In this document: piece after piece, positions 1-10,326 of the stretch | Position numbering within the stretch: the first letter of the stretch is position 1 | Layout: each line of letters opens with the position of its first letter | DNA from: Sedimentisphaerales bacterium | Lineage (GTDB): Bacteria > Planctomycetota > Phycisphaerae > Sedimentisphaerales > Anaerobacaceae | DNA: 64,000 bases | Direction of reading: 5' to 3' | NCBI GenBank assembly: GCA_963708075.1 | Contig: OY970194.1 | Span: forward strand, 7,451,526-7,515,525 | Notes under the pieces: model-generated | Database searches by the model: none | What the model was told of the DNA's origin: nothing | What the model saw: the letters and a program-made list of their open reading frames with translations, nothing else | Position numbers and translations under genes: made by a program

Positions 1-1155
1 CGAGCATATCGTAGAACCTACCGAGTCCCCGTATGGGCATCCAGAAATCCACAAGTTTGTTGTCTATCTGTTCGTCTGTAAACCCTTTTATCTCTTCCTT
101 CAATCGCATGGCTGCGGGGGTTTCGCTCGTTTCTGCTAACCGTAGAACTGTTTTCCCATCGATATCGATGATATTCTCTGGATACTTGCCGAGCAATTCG
201 ACAAGTACCTTTAGACCCTGGATGACGGTCTCCTCAGTGATGTGGGCGGGATACTTGACCACCCTACCTGTATAGTCATCTGGTATGACGGGCTCAAATT
301 CGGCCGCATCAACGGGGATATCCCACTGGAAATCGTGCATCACAATGTGCCCGCGCTCGATAATCTTGGTTCCCATCTGGTCAAAGTTAGGCCATGTGAA
401 ATCGTATCGCACAAGCAACCGTGTCTTCGCATCCACCCATACCTTGGCATCGATTTGAATTCCACCTCCAATTAGAAAGAAGTAGGGGTCGGTGGTTTGA
501 AACCCTTCGACCTCAATGCCGTCAATGGTTGCTCTGCCCAAGCTCTCGTATTTGCATTCCAGGATTGCTTTGAGATACGTGCGAGGATCGTTCATCTGCC
601 ACAGACGTTCAGCGGTAACATCGTCAAATTCTACGCGCCAGTACTTCTTCTGCTTGGGCGTGATTCTAATAATGGTCTTCTTATCTGGGAAAGTATAGGC
701 TTCTGAGAACCGTGCTCTCTCCGCCCTTGGGGTCGAGGCTTTCAGTTCTACTTTTCTTGCCATATTCTTGTGATACCAAAGTGGTGACGTGTGATTCTGA
801 ACTGTAAGGCTTGTTCGGATCCTCGCCGGTTATCTTCACGTTCCATTGGTACCTGAAGGCCTTGACCTGCTCAACGCGGGCGAGCACGTCCGCTAAGGCG
901 ATCCCTGAGCCGGTGGTCCGCCAGAAAGATAGGCCGATCACACACGCGATTACGACAGCCGCCACGGCGGCAAGTCTGGTCGTTGGACTCTTCATAACGA
1001 ATCTCCACGTACTCGGCCCTCGCTGCGCCGATTTGCGTTCTACTGTCCTTGTGTACGCTGTCTTGATCGTCTCGAAGACAGCATCGTCAGGGGCGGCGTT
1101 GGCTTGCACCGCCGCACTGTTGAACAATCGCCTCATCTTGTCTGCGGGTTCTCAT
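1..1155 (-). CDS. Putative anti-sigma factor (N-terminal cytoplasmic segment, TM helix, LolA-like periplasmic domain); paralogue of 1893..3218; apparent frameshifts at ~705 and ~1150; runs off the window edge
   Basis: ORF 681..1136 shares 'TG.GIALA.VLA.V' with the 1893..3218 protein. Removing one base at ~705-711 continues the frame into ...ILECKYESLGRATIDGIEVEGFQTTDP...VWVDAKT...HDFQWD, which matches the paralogue. Removing one base at ~1147-1153 gives an ATGA-overlapping start MRPADKM, compared with MNPADDI in the paralogue. Confidence 0.75.
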
Positions 1156-1697
1156 TCTTCTACCTCACTATTGAGCAATGACCGCAGTTTCTCCATGCCG
1201 TACCGGTATCGGCCTTGCACCGTATTGATCGATGCATTCTGAATTCTGGCAATCTGTCGAAATTCCAGGCCCCCTTCAAACCGCAGCGTCACGACTTCCC
1301 GCTGCTCCACGGGCAGTCCCACCATCGCCTTGCTGATCCGCTGCATCTGTTCATTCACGACGGCCCATTGATCGGGAGAACTGACCCGGGTCGTCTCTAT
1401 CGCTGCCCCGTCGAGTTGGGCCGTTTGGTGACGTTGACTGTCGCGTCTGAGGGTGCGAATCCGGTTCATTAGACACGTGATCAGGAAGTTCTTCAGATTC
1501 CCGTGATCGCTGATCCTGTCGTAGGACTCGGCCAGCTTGAGGAACACATCCTGAACCACGTCCTCGGATTGACAGGCATCTCCCGTCAGGAGGATCGCCA
1601 ATTTGAGCAGGTCCAGCTTGTACTTGTCATAGATCTGGCGCAGAGCATCGACATTGCCCCGGTGAAGTCTCCAGATAAGCCGCTTATCGTGCAACAT
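1152..1697 (-). CDS. ECF RNA polymerase sigma-70 factor
   Basis: Region 2 'SEDVVQDVFLKL' and region 4 'LPVEQREVVTLRFEGGLEFRQIA...NTVQGRYRYGMEKLR'. Start taken at ATG 1697 (MLHDKRLI) by analogy with MIEDKLLI of the paralogue. Confidence 0.9.
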   Translation of the reverse strand: MLHDKRLIWRLHRGNVDALRQIYDKYKLDLLKLAILLTGDACQSEDVVQDVFLKLAESYDRISDHGNLKNFLITCLMNRIRTLRRDSQRHQTAQLDGAAIETTRVSSPDQWAVVNEQMQRISKAMVGLPVEQREVVTLRFEGGLEFRQIARIQNASINTVQGRYRYGMEKLRSLLNSEVEE

Positions 1698-1731
1698 GGC
1701 GCCCAACCTGCTCAAGAATCGCGATCCTTTG

Positions 1732-1767
1732 CCCTATTACACTCCGAAACAGGGCAGTTGCGTATAG
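1732..1767 (-). promoter_or_regulatory. Putative autoregulatory ECF promoter (TATACGCAAC...GTGTAATAGGG)
   Basis: Aligns without gaps at 28/35 nt to 3798..3832, at the equivalent position upstream of the paralogous sigma. Confidence 0.6.
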
Positions 1768-1892
1768 GAGAGACAAGAAAATCTGTACAAATCAGGGAGG
1801 AAACAGAACCTGCAGGTCTCGCAAGGGGGCCGGCGCAAAGAAAAGGGCCGGGGTGCCCCGGCCCTCAGGAGGATTGTCATGTGTTCAGGTGG

Positions 1893-3218
1893 CTACTTTG
1901 GCAAGTTCTTTTCGAGCTCGGCCAGCGTATCGGCGCTGACGGTCTCCGCGTGCAGGCTGCCGAAGAGGACTCGATATTCCTTATCGGAGACCTTCCACCG
2001 CAGCAGGACCTTATCGGCATCCTGCGGCGTCACGACGCTGCCGTAGTAGGCCGGGTCCTTCTTTTCCTGCGTGAGCATCATGTAGAACATTCCCGCGCCC
2101 TGGATCGGCATCATGATGTCCACAACCTTCTTGGCCTGCTCTTGGGCCGACAGATTCTTGTCGCCCTCGAACAGCTTCTTGAGAACAGGGTTATTCGGGT
2201 CGGGGCTGCCCTGCGCGAGCTTGCCAAACTGCGTCATGAGGCTCATGAGGTCGAGCTTCTCCGGATACCGGCCGGTCAGGTCGGCGTACAGCTTCAGGCC
2301 CGCGATGGCGCCCCCTTCATCCATCGCCGGCATCTTCATGGGGCCGCCGGGCAAGGTTTTGTAGTCCGGCGGGATGACCGGCGTGAAATCGGCAGCCGTT
2401 GCTGGGCAATCCCACTGGAAGTTGTGAACCACGCCGTGTATCCGCATGCCGCTCACTTCCATGTCCATCTCCGACCGCACCGGAAGCTGCGTCTTGACAT
2501 CGACCCAGATCTTCACATCCACCTGGCCCGTCATCCCGGCCAGGTAGTTCGGATCGGTCGTCTGGAATCCTTCGACTTCCACTCCGTCCACCGTGGACCG
2601 ACCCAGACTCTCATACTTGCAGTCCAGAATCTGCTTGAGCATAGTGCTGGGATCGTTGTTCTGCTGTCGGGTCTTTTCGAACAGTGTCTCGTCGAGGTCC
2701 ACGCGGACGTACTGCTTCTCATTCGACATGAGCATGATCATGGCCTTTTCCTGGGGCAGCATGTACATCTCTTGATGCGAGAGCTTTCCACCGTTGGGGT
2801 CCACCGTGTCCACCGTCGCTTTCATGCCGCGGTCCTGTGCGATCAGGATGGTAGCCTCCATGTTCTGATTGATGGCCGGCCCGGTGGGGATTTGGCCGCT
2901 GATGGTCATGGTCATCTGATACATGTAGGCGGTGATCTGCTGGACCTGGGCCAGCACGTTGGCCAGGGCGATCCCCGAGCCTGTGCCCGTCCACATGACG
3001 ATACCTGCGATGCCTGCGACCGCGATGACCGCGGCGGCGGCGAGTTTCATGATTGGATTCCTCATAGTCATTCTCCATCGACTCCATGTGAGCGTTGAAT
3101 TCTCGTTGGTTTTCCGCCGAGCCTGGAGCACGTCCTGAAAGACCTGCTCGTCCGCATCCGGCCGGATGCTCAGCTCAGCCCTCTTGAACAATTTCCGAAT
3201 GTCATCCGCGGGGTTCAT
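1893..3218 (-). CDS. Putative anti-sigma factor with TM helix and LolA-like/large periplasmic domain
   Basis: 441 aa; ATGA overlap with the upstream ECF sigma; hydrophobic helix 'LAAAAVIAVAGIAGIVMW'; beta-rich segment 'VKIWVDVKTQLPVRSE'. Confidence 0.75.
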   Translation of the reverse strand: MNPADDIRKLFKRAELSIRPDADEQVFQDVLQARRKTNENSTLTWSRWRMTMRNPIMKLAAAAVIAVAGIAGIVMWTGTGSGIALANVLAQVQQITAYMYQMTMTISGQIPTGPAINQNMEATILIAQDRGMKATVDTVDPNGGKLSHQEMYMLPQEKAMIMLMSNEKQYVRVDLDETLFEKTRQQNNDPSTMLKQILDCKYESLGRSTVDGVEVEGFQTTDPNYLAGMTGQVDVKIWVDVKTQLPVRSEMDMEVSGMRIHGVVHNFQWDCPATAADFTPVIPPDYKTLPGGPMKMPAMDEGGAIAGLKLYADLTGRYPEKLDLMSLMTQFGKLAQGSPDPNNPVLKKLFEGDKNLSAQEQAKKVVDIMMPIQGAGMFYMMLTQEKKDPAYYGSVVTPQDADKVLLRWKVSDKEYRVLFGSLHAETVSADTLAELEKNLPK

Positions 3219-3763
3219 TCGTGTACCTTGCCGTTTAGCACAGACCGTAACTTCTCGACTCCATACCGGTATCGGCCTTTGACCGTATTCAGTGATGCCT
3301 TCTGCAGCACTGCTATCTGCGAAAAGGTCAGATCCATTTCCATGTGAGAGCAGATCACTTCGCGCTGCTCGTACGGCAGCTCCTGCAGGGCCTTGCTCAG
3401 CAGCGACAGCTCTTCACTGAGAATCGCCCACTGCTGTGGCCCCGGCTCGCGGCAGGGCAGCAGGTCCGCCTCATCGAGAAGCAGGCCCTCGCCGCGCCGG
3501 CTGCCGTCCCGCACGTGATTGCGAACGCGGTTGAGCACGCTGGTGACCAGGTAGCCCTTGAGACTGCCGGTCAGCCCGATGCGGTCGGCCGACTGCGCGA
3601 AGCTGACAAACACATCGTGAACGATGTCTTCCGCCGTGTGCAGATTGCCGACCAGCGTCATGGCGTACCGCAGCAGCTCGACTTTGTACTTGTCGTAGAT
3701 CTGCCGCAGGGCCTCCGGACGGCCCCGCTTGAACCCGAGTATAAGCAGCTTGTCTTCGATCAT
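3215..3763 (-). CDS. ECF RNA polymerase sigma-70 factor
   Basis: 'AEDIVHDVFVSF' and 'LPYEQREVI...TFSQIA...NTVKGRYRYGVEKLR'. Confidence 0.92.
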   Translation of the reverse strand: MIEDKLLILGFKRGRPEALRQIYDKYKVELLRYAMTLVGNLHTAEDIVHDVFVSFAQSADRIGLTGSLKGYLVTSVLNRVRNHVRDGSRRGEGLLLDEADLLPCREPGPQQWAILSEELSLLSKALQELPYEQREVICSHMEMDLTFSQIAVLQKASLNTVKGRYRYGVEKLRSVLNGKVHE

Positions 3764-3797
3764 CGTGCACGTTTACCAGAAGAATGTTCACTCTTCA

Positions 3798-3832
3798 CCC
3801 TATTACACACCCAAACCCCGCCGTTGGGTATA
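3798..3832 (-). promoter_or_regulatory. Putative autoregulatory ECF promoter (TATACCCAAC...GTGTAATAGGG)
   Basis: Second copy of the box at 1732..1767. Confidence 0.6.
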
Positions 3833-3885
3833 TGCAGGGGCAAGGATTTTTCGCAGGTACACGGGTCTGGAGTCTTTACACATAC

Positions 3886-3974
3886 GGGTGGCAGCGTCAA
3901 GGCCGAAGGCCTTGGCGATGGCTGTATCGCATCAGGGGAAGACCATCGCCAAGCTGCGCTTGACGCTGCCACCC
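3886..3974. repeat. Palindromic REP/MITE-like family A (GGGTGGCAGC...GCTGCCACCC)
   Basis: ~90-bp hairpin element. Related copies at 21827 (half), 29210..29303, 30674..30762, 62166..62390, 62451..62542 and 62704..62791. Confidence 0.85.
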
Positions 3975-4050
3975 GTGCAGGGACTTCCTCTGAGACACTG
4001 ATTTATGGTAACATGGTGCTGGTGACAAGAAACTGCTGCCGAGGCGTGCG

Positions 4051-5616
4051 ATGGATTACCAATTGATAGGATTGGCAATTGCGATTCTGCTGCTCACGGG
4101 CGTTGGCCTCGTGCTCGCCAGGCGGTTCAGAGATCCATTGAGAGAGCGGAATGATCGCGGTCTGGCCTGCCTCAATGACGGGCGCTACGATGAAGCCGTT
4201 GAGGAATTTACAAAAGTCACCGACCTGGACCCGATGGAACCCTGCGGCTACCACAACCGCGGCCTGGCCTACGAGCGCAAAGGGGAATACGATAAAGCAG
4301 TCGCGGATTTCTATCGCGCACTCGACATCAACCCGCGATATGCCAGTGCTTACTTCGGTCGTGGTCTCGCGTTCGGCGGGAAGCGAGACTATGATCGAGC
4401 CATAGCAGAGTACACCAAGGCTATTGAGATAGACCCTGGCCGCGCTGACGCGTACAACAACCGAGCAGTCGCCCATGGCCTCAAGGGCGAGTACGATCTG
4501 GCAATTGCGGATTCTACGAAGGCCATTGAGATAGCTCCTGACGACGCGAAGGCATACTATGGCCGCGGATTGGCCTACAGCTTCAAGGGCGATCATGGCC
4601 GAGCGATACCAGAGTTCACCAAAGCGATTGAATTGGACCCAGAGTTCGCTAGTGCGTACAGTTGGCGAGCGTGGAGCCACTGCGAAAAAGGCAACTATGA
4701 CGTAGCGATCTCGGACTGCACTAAAGCGATTGAGTTAGACCCGCATGACTCGTTCGCTTATTATCGCCGCGGCGTGGCGTACGGCCGGAGTGGCCAAGTT
4801 GACCGAGCCATTGCTGACTTCGACAGAGTGCTTGAGATGGACCCAGCCGCCGACGATGCCCTTTACAGTCGGGCCGTGATCTATCAGCACAAGGGGGACT
4901 TGGATTCTGCACTGCGTGGCTATACGGCGGTAATCAAGATACATCCCGAATCCGCCGATGCCCATTTCGGTCGCGGCAATGTCCACGGTGCCAGGGGCGA
5001 GTACGCTGAGGCGATTTCCGCCTACACGAAGGCTCTGGAGATCAATCCGCGTTATGCAGACATCTACGGGGCCCGTGGCTTCGCCTACCTTCAGCAGGGC
5101 AACTACGAGTGTGCGATTTCGGATTACTCGAAAGCCATTGAATCGAATCCGCTGGACGCCGCAAGCTGGCACAATCGTGCCTTCGCATATGGCCAGATAG
5201 GGCGGCATGATGAATCTATTGCTGATCTCGACAGAGTGCTCGAGATCGAACCAGAAGACGTTAGTGCCCTTCAGAGTCGAGCCGTGGCCTACCAGCGCAA
5301 GGGGGACTTGGATTCTGCGCTACGTGACTTCACAGCAGCGATCAGAATACACCCCGAGCACGCCGAGGCACATTGGGGACAGGGCTGTATCTATGAGGCC
5401 AAGGGGCAATACAACGAGGCGGTTTTCGCCTATACCAAAGCGCGTGAGATCAATCCGCAGATTGCCGAGGTCTATGGCAACCGCGCGGGAGTCTACTACG
5501 AGCTGCATGAGTACGACAAGGCCTGGGCCGATGTGCACAAGGCTGAGAGCTTGAGGTTGACGATACCCTCGAAGTTCCTCGATGAACTCCGCAAAGCATC
5601 GGGCAGGAACGAATAA
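4051..5616 (+). CDS. Membrane-anchored tetratricopeptide repeat protein (~14 TPRs)
   Basis: N-terminal TM helix followed by 34-aa repeats of the form 'AY.NRG.AY..KG.YD.AI.D.TKAIE.DP'. Confidence 0.93.
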   Translation: MDYQLIGLAIAILLLTGVGLVLARRFRDPLRERNDRGLACLNDGRYDEAVEEFTKVTDLDPMEPCGYHNRGLAYERKGEYDKAVADFYRALDINPRYASAYFGRGLAFGGKRDYDRAIAEYTKAIEIDPGRADAYNNRAVAHGLKGEYDLAIADSTKAIEIAPDDAKAYYGRGLAYSFKGDHGRAIPEFTKAIELDPEFASAYSWRAWSHCEKGNYDVAISDCTKAIELDPHDSFAYYRRGVAYGRSGQVDRAIADFDRVLEMDPAADDALYSRAVIYQHKGDLDSALRGYTAVIKIHPESADAHFGRGNVHGARGEYAEAISAYTKALEINPRYADIYGARGFAYLQQGNYECAISDYSKAIESNPLDAASWHNRAFAYGQIGRHDESIADLDRVLEIEPEDVSALQSRAVAYQRKGDLDSALRDFTAAIRIHPEHAEAHWGQGCIYEAKGQYNEAVFAYTKAREINPQIAEVYGNRAGVYYELHEYDKAWADVHKAESLRLTIPSKFLDELRKASGRNE

Positions 5617-5770
5617 CCAGCCTGTTCCATCACAACGTACCCGTAGTCCGAAAAACTGCCTGCTGATGGAGGAGACACCCCGCCTAAAATCTGCGCCTTC
5701 ACTCCGGAATTTGGCTCCACGGGGCGGAAAATGGCGCATTGTTTAAGTGGGGAGAGGCTGGGGGTGAACG

Positions 5771-6028
5771 ATGAGCCAAATGACGAAGAGTGTGTGCGAG
5801 GGCGTGTGTGCCACCGAAGGCGAAGTACGTGTGCTATGCCCCAATGGTGATGTTTCCCGGACTCTGGCGTGGCAGTACATCCTGAACCTGGTATTGCCGG
5901 CGCTTGCCCTGGTGTCCATGGCCGTGCTGACTATCGTCATGATCGTCCTGCTTGTGACGACGGTCGCCAACGCCGGCTGGCACCTGGGTCCGTCCTATGT
6001 GAGCGTCGATCCCTGGTCAGGCTGGTAA
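5771..6028 (+). CDS. Small putative membrane protein
   Basis: 85 aa with a long hydrophobic stretch; purine-rich sequence upstream; fills the gap between two genes. Confidence 0.45.
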   Translation: MSQMTKSVCEGVCATEGEVRVLCPNGDVSRTLAWQYILNLVLPALALVSMAVLTIVMIVLLVTTVANAGWHLGPSYVSVDPWSGW

Positions 6029-6095
6029 ATCCGCCGGCCACTTCAGCCTGGGTGGACTCACCTTGCGCATCATTCTCCTGGCACAGGCGGCGCTG

Positions 6096-7967
6096 CTACC
6101 GGATGACCGCCTCGGCGCCTAAGCGGGCGCACCGGCGGCGCTGGCCTTCCTTGAGCAGGCGCTTGCGGAGGCGCAAGGAGTTCGGGCAGATCTCGACCAG
6201 CTCGTCCTGCTGCACGTACTCCAGCATCCCTTCGAGGCTCATGATCCGCGCCGGGCGGATGCGGGCGGCCTCGTCCTTCGAGGACGTCCGCATGTTCGAC
6301 AACTGCTTGGCCTTGGCCGCGTTGACGACGATGTCATTGTCCTTGCAGTGCTCGCCGACGATCTGCCCCTCGTAGATCTTGTCGCCCGGCTGGACGAAGA
6401 ACACGCCGCGGTCGTACAGAGCATCGAGCGCGTACGCGGTGACCGTGCCCGTCTCGCTCTGGATGAGCACACCGGCCTGCCGGTCGGGGATCGAGCCCCG
6501 CAGAGGCTCGTACTTCTCGAACGTGTGGTGCATGATCGCCCGGCCCTGCGTCGCCGTCAGCAGGCGGGCGTTGAGGCCGAAGAGTCCGCGCGACGGGATC
6601 ATGAACTCCATGTGCACGTAATCGCTGGCGCTGCTCTTCGTGTCCATTTTGAGCAGCTCGCTGCGGCGGGTGCCGATCAGGCTCATCACGGCGCTCTGGC
6701 AGTCGCCGGGGCACTCGATGACCAGCCGCTCGATGGGCTCCTGGCGGACGCCTTCCTTCTCGCGAATGATGACCTGCGGCTTGCCCACGCAGACCTCGTA
6801 ACGCTCGCGGCGCATGTTTTCCAGGAGAATGCCCAGGTGCATCAGCCCCCGCCCCGAGACGATGAACTCGTCGGCCGACTGTCCCGACTCCATGCGAAGC
6901 GCCACGTTCGTCTGCAGCTCCTTTTCCAGCCGGTCGCGGATCTGCAACGACGTGACGTACTTGCCGTCCCGGCCCGCAAAGGGGCCATTGTTGACCTGGA
7001 ATGTCATGCTCATCGTCGGCTCGTCGATCGCCACGATGGGCAGAGCGCTGGGCTCGTCCGGGCAGGCGATCGTGTTGCCGATGTCCACCGGATCGAGGCC
7101 GGCCACGGCGCAGATGTCGCCGGCCTGCACCTCGGCGGCGCGCTTCTTGGCGAGCCCTTCGAATTCATACAGTTGAATCACCTTCTGCTGCGTGTGATGA
7201 CCCTCTCGGTCGATCACCGTCACCGGCTGGGCCTGCGTCAGCTTGCCCGCGAAGATCTTGCCGACGGCGACGCGCCCGACGTAGTCGGAGTATTCCAGGG
7301 AAGTGACGAGCATCTGCAGGGGCTTGTCCGGGTCGGCCTTCGGCGCCGGGATCGAGCGGATGATCGCCTCATAGACCGGCTTGAGGTTCTTGTTGGGTTT
7401 CGACAGGTCCGTCGTTGCCCAGCCTTCCTTGGCGGAGGCGAAGATCACCGGGAAATCCAGAGCATCGTCGCTGGCCTCGAGCTCGACGAACAGGTCGAAG
7501 ACCTCGTTGACGACGTCGTTGGGCCGGGAGTCCGGGCGGTCCACCTTGTTGACCACGAGGATCGGCTTGAGCTTGTGGTGCAGGGCCTTGCTCAGCACGA
7601 ATCGCGTCTGCGGCATGGGCCCGTCGAAGGCATCGACGACGAGCAGCACGCCGTCGGTCATCTTGAGCACGCGCTCGACCTCGCCTCCGAAATCGGCGTG
7701 GCCGGGGGTATCCACGATGTTGATCTTGTACTCGCGGCCGCCCCGGGCGGTGTACTGGATCGAGCAGTTCTTGCTCAGGATCGTGATGCCTCGCTCGCGT
7801 TCGAGCGGGTTGGAATCCATGATCAGGTCATGGTGGCTGCCGGCCAGCTTGTCCAGCTCTTCCGTGCGGAACGAGCCCGACTGATATAGAAGCTGGTCCA
7901 CCAGCGTCGTCTTGCCATGGTCTACATGGGCGATGATCGCTACATTGCGTACATTTTCTGCGTACAT
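6096..7967 (-). CDS. typA: Translational GTPase TypA/BipA
   Basis: '[17 protein letters not shown]', 'ERERGITIL', '[14 protein letters not shown]', 'NKVD', 'GRGLMHL', and a BipA-type C-terminus. Confidence 0.97.
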   Translation of the reverse strand: MYAENVRNVAIIAHVDHGKTTLVDQLLYQSGSFRTEELDKLAGSHHDLIMDSNPLERERGITILSKNCSIQYTARGGREYKINIVDTPGHADFGGEVERVLKMTDGVLLVVDAFDGPMPQTRFVLSKALHHKLKPILVVNKVDRPDSRPNDVVNEVFDLFVELEASDDALDFPVIFASAKEGWATTDLSKPNKNLKPVYEAIIRSIPAPKADPDKPLQMLVTSLEYSDYVGRVAVGKIFAGKLTQAQPVTVIDREGHHTQQKVIQLYEFEGLAKKRAAEVQAGDICAVAGLDPVDIGNTIACPDEPSALPIVAIDEPTMSMTFQVNNGPFAGRDGKYVTSLQIRDRLEKELQTNVALRMESGQSADEFIVSGRGLMHLGILLENMRRERYEVCVGKPQVIIREKEGVRQEPIERLVIECPGDCQSAVMSLIGTRRSELLKMDTKSSASDYVHMEFMIPSRGLFGLNARLLTATQGRAIMHHTFEKYEPLRGSIPDRQAGVLIQSETGTVTAYALDALYDRGVFFVQPGDKIYEGQIVGEHCKDNDIVVNAAKAKQLSNMRTSSKDEAARIRPARIMSLEGMLEYVQQDELVEICPNSLRLRKRLLKEGQRRRCARLGAEAVIR

Positions 7968-8213
7968 GTATCCTGTCCAAATCCAAGAGTCGTTCCGTTC
8001 CGCAGCAAAAAGCGAAACGGGGTATACTTATCGGGGGAGCCGTGAGTCCTGCAACCACGCATACGCTATACTGGATGCGGCATTGCCGTGTTCACCTGCC
8101 TTGAGGGGCCGCGTGTCCCCAGCCGATTCTAAACCCAGTTACAAGCTCAGTATTCTACCACACCCCCGCCCCGAATGCAATGCCCATCCCGCCATTACCG
8201 GGACCGCCCCCGC

Positions 8214-8806
8214 AAATTGGCTTCGTTTTCACAATTGCCCGCGTAGCTCCCTCCTGTCCACCGCCTCCTGCTCGCTCTGCAAATTGGCTTTGTTTCGCAC
8301 GGCAGCTCCTTCGCCATCGGGTAGAGTGGGCTGTGCCCACCATCCGCCCGGCAGGGCCAATTGGCTTTGTTTCGGATCATCGCAGGATCGATCATAACTC
8401 CATTCCTGCAAAGGACTTCGCGTTGATCCCGGCCAGCCCGATTGGCTTTGTCCCGCAGAATCATCCGTACGGTCTCCTCCAGCCTGCCGCCTCTCGCCTG
8501 CCGTCCTCTCCGCTCAAATTGGCTTTGTTCTGCACGGCCACCCATGTCCGTCATTGCCGGCATCCGTCCTTCAATCCGTACTCCGCAATCGGCAATCCGT
8601 AATCCCATGGCCCCGGCCCCGTAATTGGCTTTGTTTCGCACGGCAGGTTCTCCGATCTTGTAGGGTGGGCTCTGCCCACCGCTCGTCCGGCCGGGAAATT
8701 GGCTTTGTTTCGCGCGACAGACCCGGTTCATAGTGACGCCGTAAGGCGTTCCGTGGCGAGGCCTCCCGCCCTTGTCTTCTTCCGGAGATTGGCTTTGTTT
8801 CGCACG
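8214..8806. repeat. Array of eight ~19-bp direct repeats (AATTGGCTTTGTTTCGCAC consensus) with variable spacers; not a canonical CRISPR
   Basis: ATTGG cores at 8216, 8283, 8360, 8441, 8518, 8624, 8698 and 8788 (periods 67-106 bp). Confidence 0.85.
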
Positions 8807-9238
8807 CACGAGGATATTTGTCATGGCAGGCGTCCGTCCTCCACTCCGCAATCCCAGGGTCCCCGCATCTCCTGGCATTTCTCGTTTCTCGCCAATGGCG
8901 TGATCGTAGGCCAAGCCGTCGCTGCCAAAGGAGTCATGCCATCCTCTCCTATTCGCTATTGAGTTGTACAAACATCCTACAAATGCAGGAGTTGTTCGTC
9001 AAGCAAAATCATGACAATAAAGCGGCTTTCTTCCGGAAGTCTCGTAAGCCGTTGTGACATAAGAGGTTACATGTAATTCAGAGAGCCCCCCATCCATGTC
9101 ATTCCCGCGAAGAGCCTGCCCTGAGCGAAGTCGAATGGGCGGGAATCTAGGTTTGGGCCCCACGAAGAGATTCGACTATCAACCAGCAACGAACAACTGC
9201 CTACCAGATTGAACCGCGGATGAACGCCGATGAACGCA

Positions 9239-9269
9239 GATAAACCCATGTGCAATAGGGACTTATAGC
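9239..9269. repeat. ~31-bp dyad site (GATAA-N-GG(G)ACTTAYAGC type), copy left of the 9.4-11.1 kb cassette
   Basis: Copies with the same spacing at 11300..11330, 49796..49826 and 50613..50643; degenerate copies at 8393 and ~9041. Confidence 0.65.
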
Positions 9270-9423
9270 CGGTGGCACACCCAGGGATGCCGTGTCGCGG
9301 TCCGCACGAATGCGAGTAATGTGTTGCCCGGATTACGCCGAAATAGGGAAGGCAGCCGCGGAGTTGCCAGGGCCCGGAACAGCGAAACGGCGCGGTTCAT
9401 CCGCCCATTGGAGTGCATCCAAG

Positions 9424-9766
9424 GTGATCAGGCAGGAGCTTATCGAACAGATTGACCGGCATCGCAAACGTGGGACTCGCTGGATCGTCCTCTGGCTGGT
9501 TCTCGTTCTTCGCCCTGTTTGGTCTGGGGGCACTCGTCGCCGAGGGCATTCCGCCTGCAACGGAAACAGTCCTGGAAGCGGTGCTCATCGTCCTTATGCT
9601 GGCGGCCGTACTCGCGCTGATGTTCGGCCTGCTGAGGTCCATGCGGCGCTCGGGGCTGGCCTGTCCTCACTGTCGCGCGCTGCTCACCAATGTCCTCGCG
9701 CCGGTCGCTGTGGCCTCTGGTCGCTGCGGAAAATGCGGCAAACAGATTGTGGAGTCCGACCGGTGA
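9424..9766 (+). CDS. Small 2-TM protein with C-terminal zinc-ribbon (CPHC...CGKC); apparent frameshift at ~9500
   Basis: GTG 9424 reads VIRQELIEQ...RWIVLWL. Deleting one T in GGTTCTC (9498-9504) joins it to VSFFALFGLGAL...CPHC...CGKC. Confidence 0.6.
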
Positions 9767-10326
9767 GTTGTCAGAAGATAACCTGGATGCAGCCGCGCGG
9801 GCTTATCTGCCTCATGGCCAGAATGAGGGCAGGGCACGCCTGGCGCGAAGTCAAGATCTGCGTTTTCGCCGTGACACTCAGCTTCATGGCCATCTGGCTC
9901 ATCTTCAGCCTGCTGGCAATATTCAACCATGACATAGAGACGATGGATCCCATCGAGGCTCTGGTGTTCTCCATGCTATGCGGCTTCATATTCGCTTGCC
10001 TCTACCAGTTGCATTGGCTGGAGCCCTCGCAGGTCATTCTTGACGACGCGGCCATAGTGGTTGCGGGGCGATTTCGAAGGCGGTATCGCTATGATCAGAT
10101 TGCAGGAGTTCGCTTCGACACAGTGCGATGGGGGGCAAGCTCGATTCGGATAATGTTGATCGCCCGCCACAACGGCCGCGACTTCACCCTTGGCGTTCCG
10201 CATGGTCTGGACCTGTCGGAAGTGGTTGATTTCCTCAAGAGCAGGGGTGTGGAAGCGACGAATGCAACGGAGGCGGCTGACGACCTCGCCGGGACACATG
10301 CCGCACCTGGGACTGCCGCACGTTGA
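9763..10326 (+). CDS. 2-TM membrane protein with small C-terminal beta domain (PH-like)
   Basis: GTGA overlap with the previous gene; two TM helices; 'YRYDQIAGVRF...FTLGVP...VVDFLKSRGVE' resembles the C-terminus of the next gene. Confidence 0.6.
   Translation: MSCQKITWMQPRGLICLMARMRAGHAWREVKICVFAVTLSFMAIWLIFSLLAIFNHDIETMDPIEALVFSMLCGFIFACLYQLHWLEPSQVILDDAAIVVAGRFRRRYRYDQIAGVRFDTVRWGASSIRIMLIARHNGRDFTLGVPHGLDLSEVVDFLKSRGVEATNATEAADDLAGTHAAPGTAAR

Noticed and set aside
1503..3098. Long antisense ORFs (also 6348..7889, 15928..17385, 27937..29169, 32252..33793, 36787..38616, 53632..54707)
   Set aside because: Shadow frames of well-supported genes in GC-rich DNA, with no recognisable motifs.
8214..8806. 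CRISPR array call
   Set aside because: Repeats are only ~19 bp and degenerate, periods vary from 67 to 106 bp, spacers contain host repeats, and there are no cas genes in the window.
8195..8971. 258-aa ORF with KQSQ/NKAN/TKPI motifs
   Set aside because: The same DNA repeat is read in all three frames, so the peptide motifs are by-products of a nucleotide repeat.
9292..9762. N-terminal half of the 344-aa ORF as one protein
   Set aside because: Better explained as two overlapping genes (9424 and 9763) fused by the apparent 1-nt insertion at ~9500.
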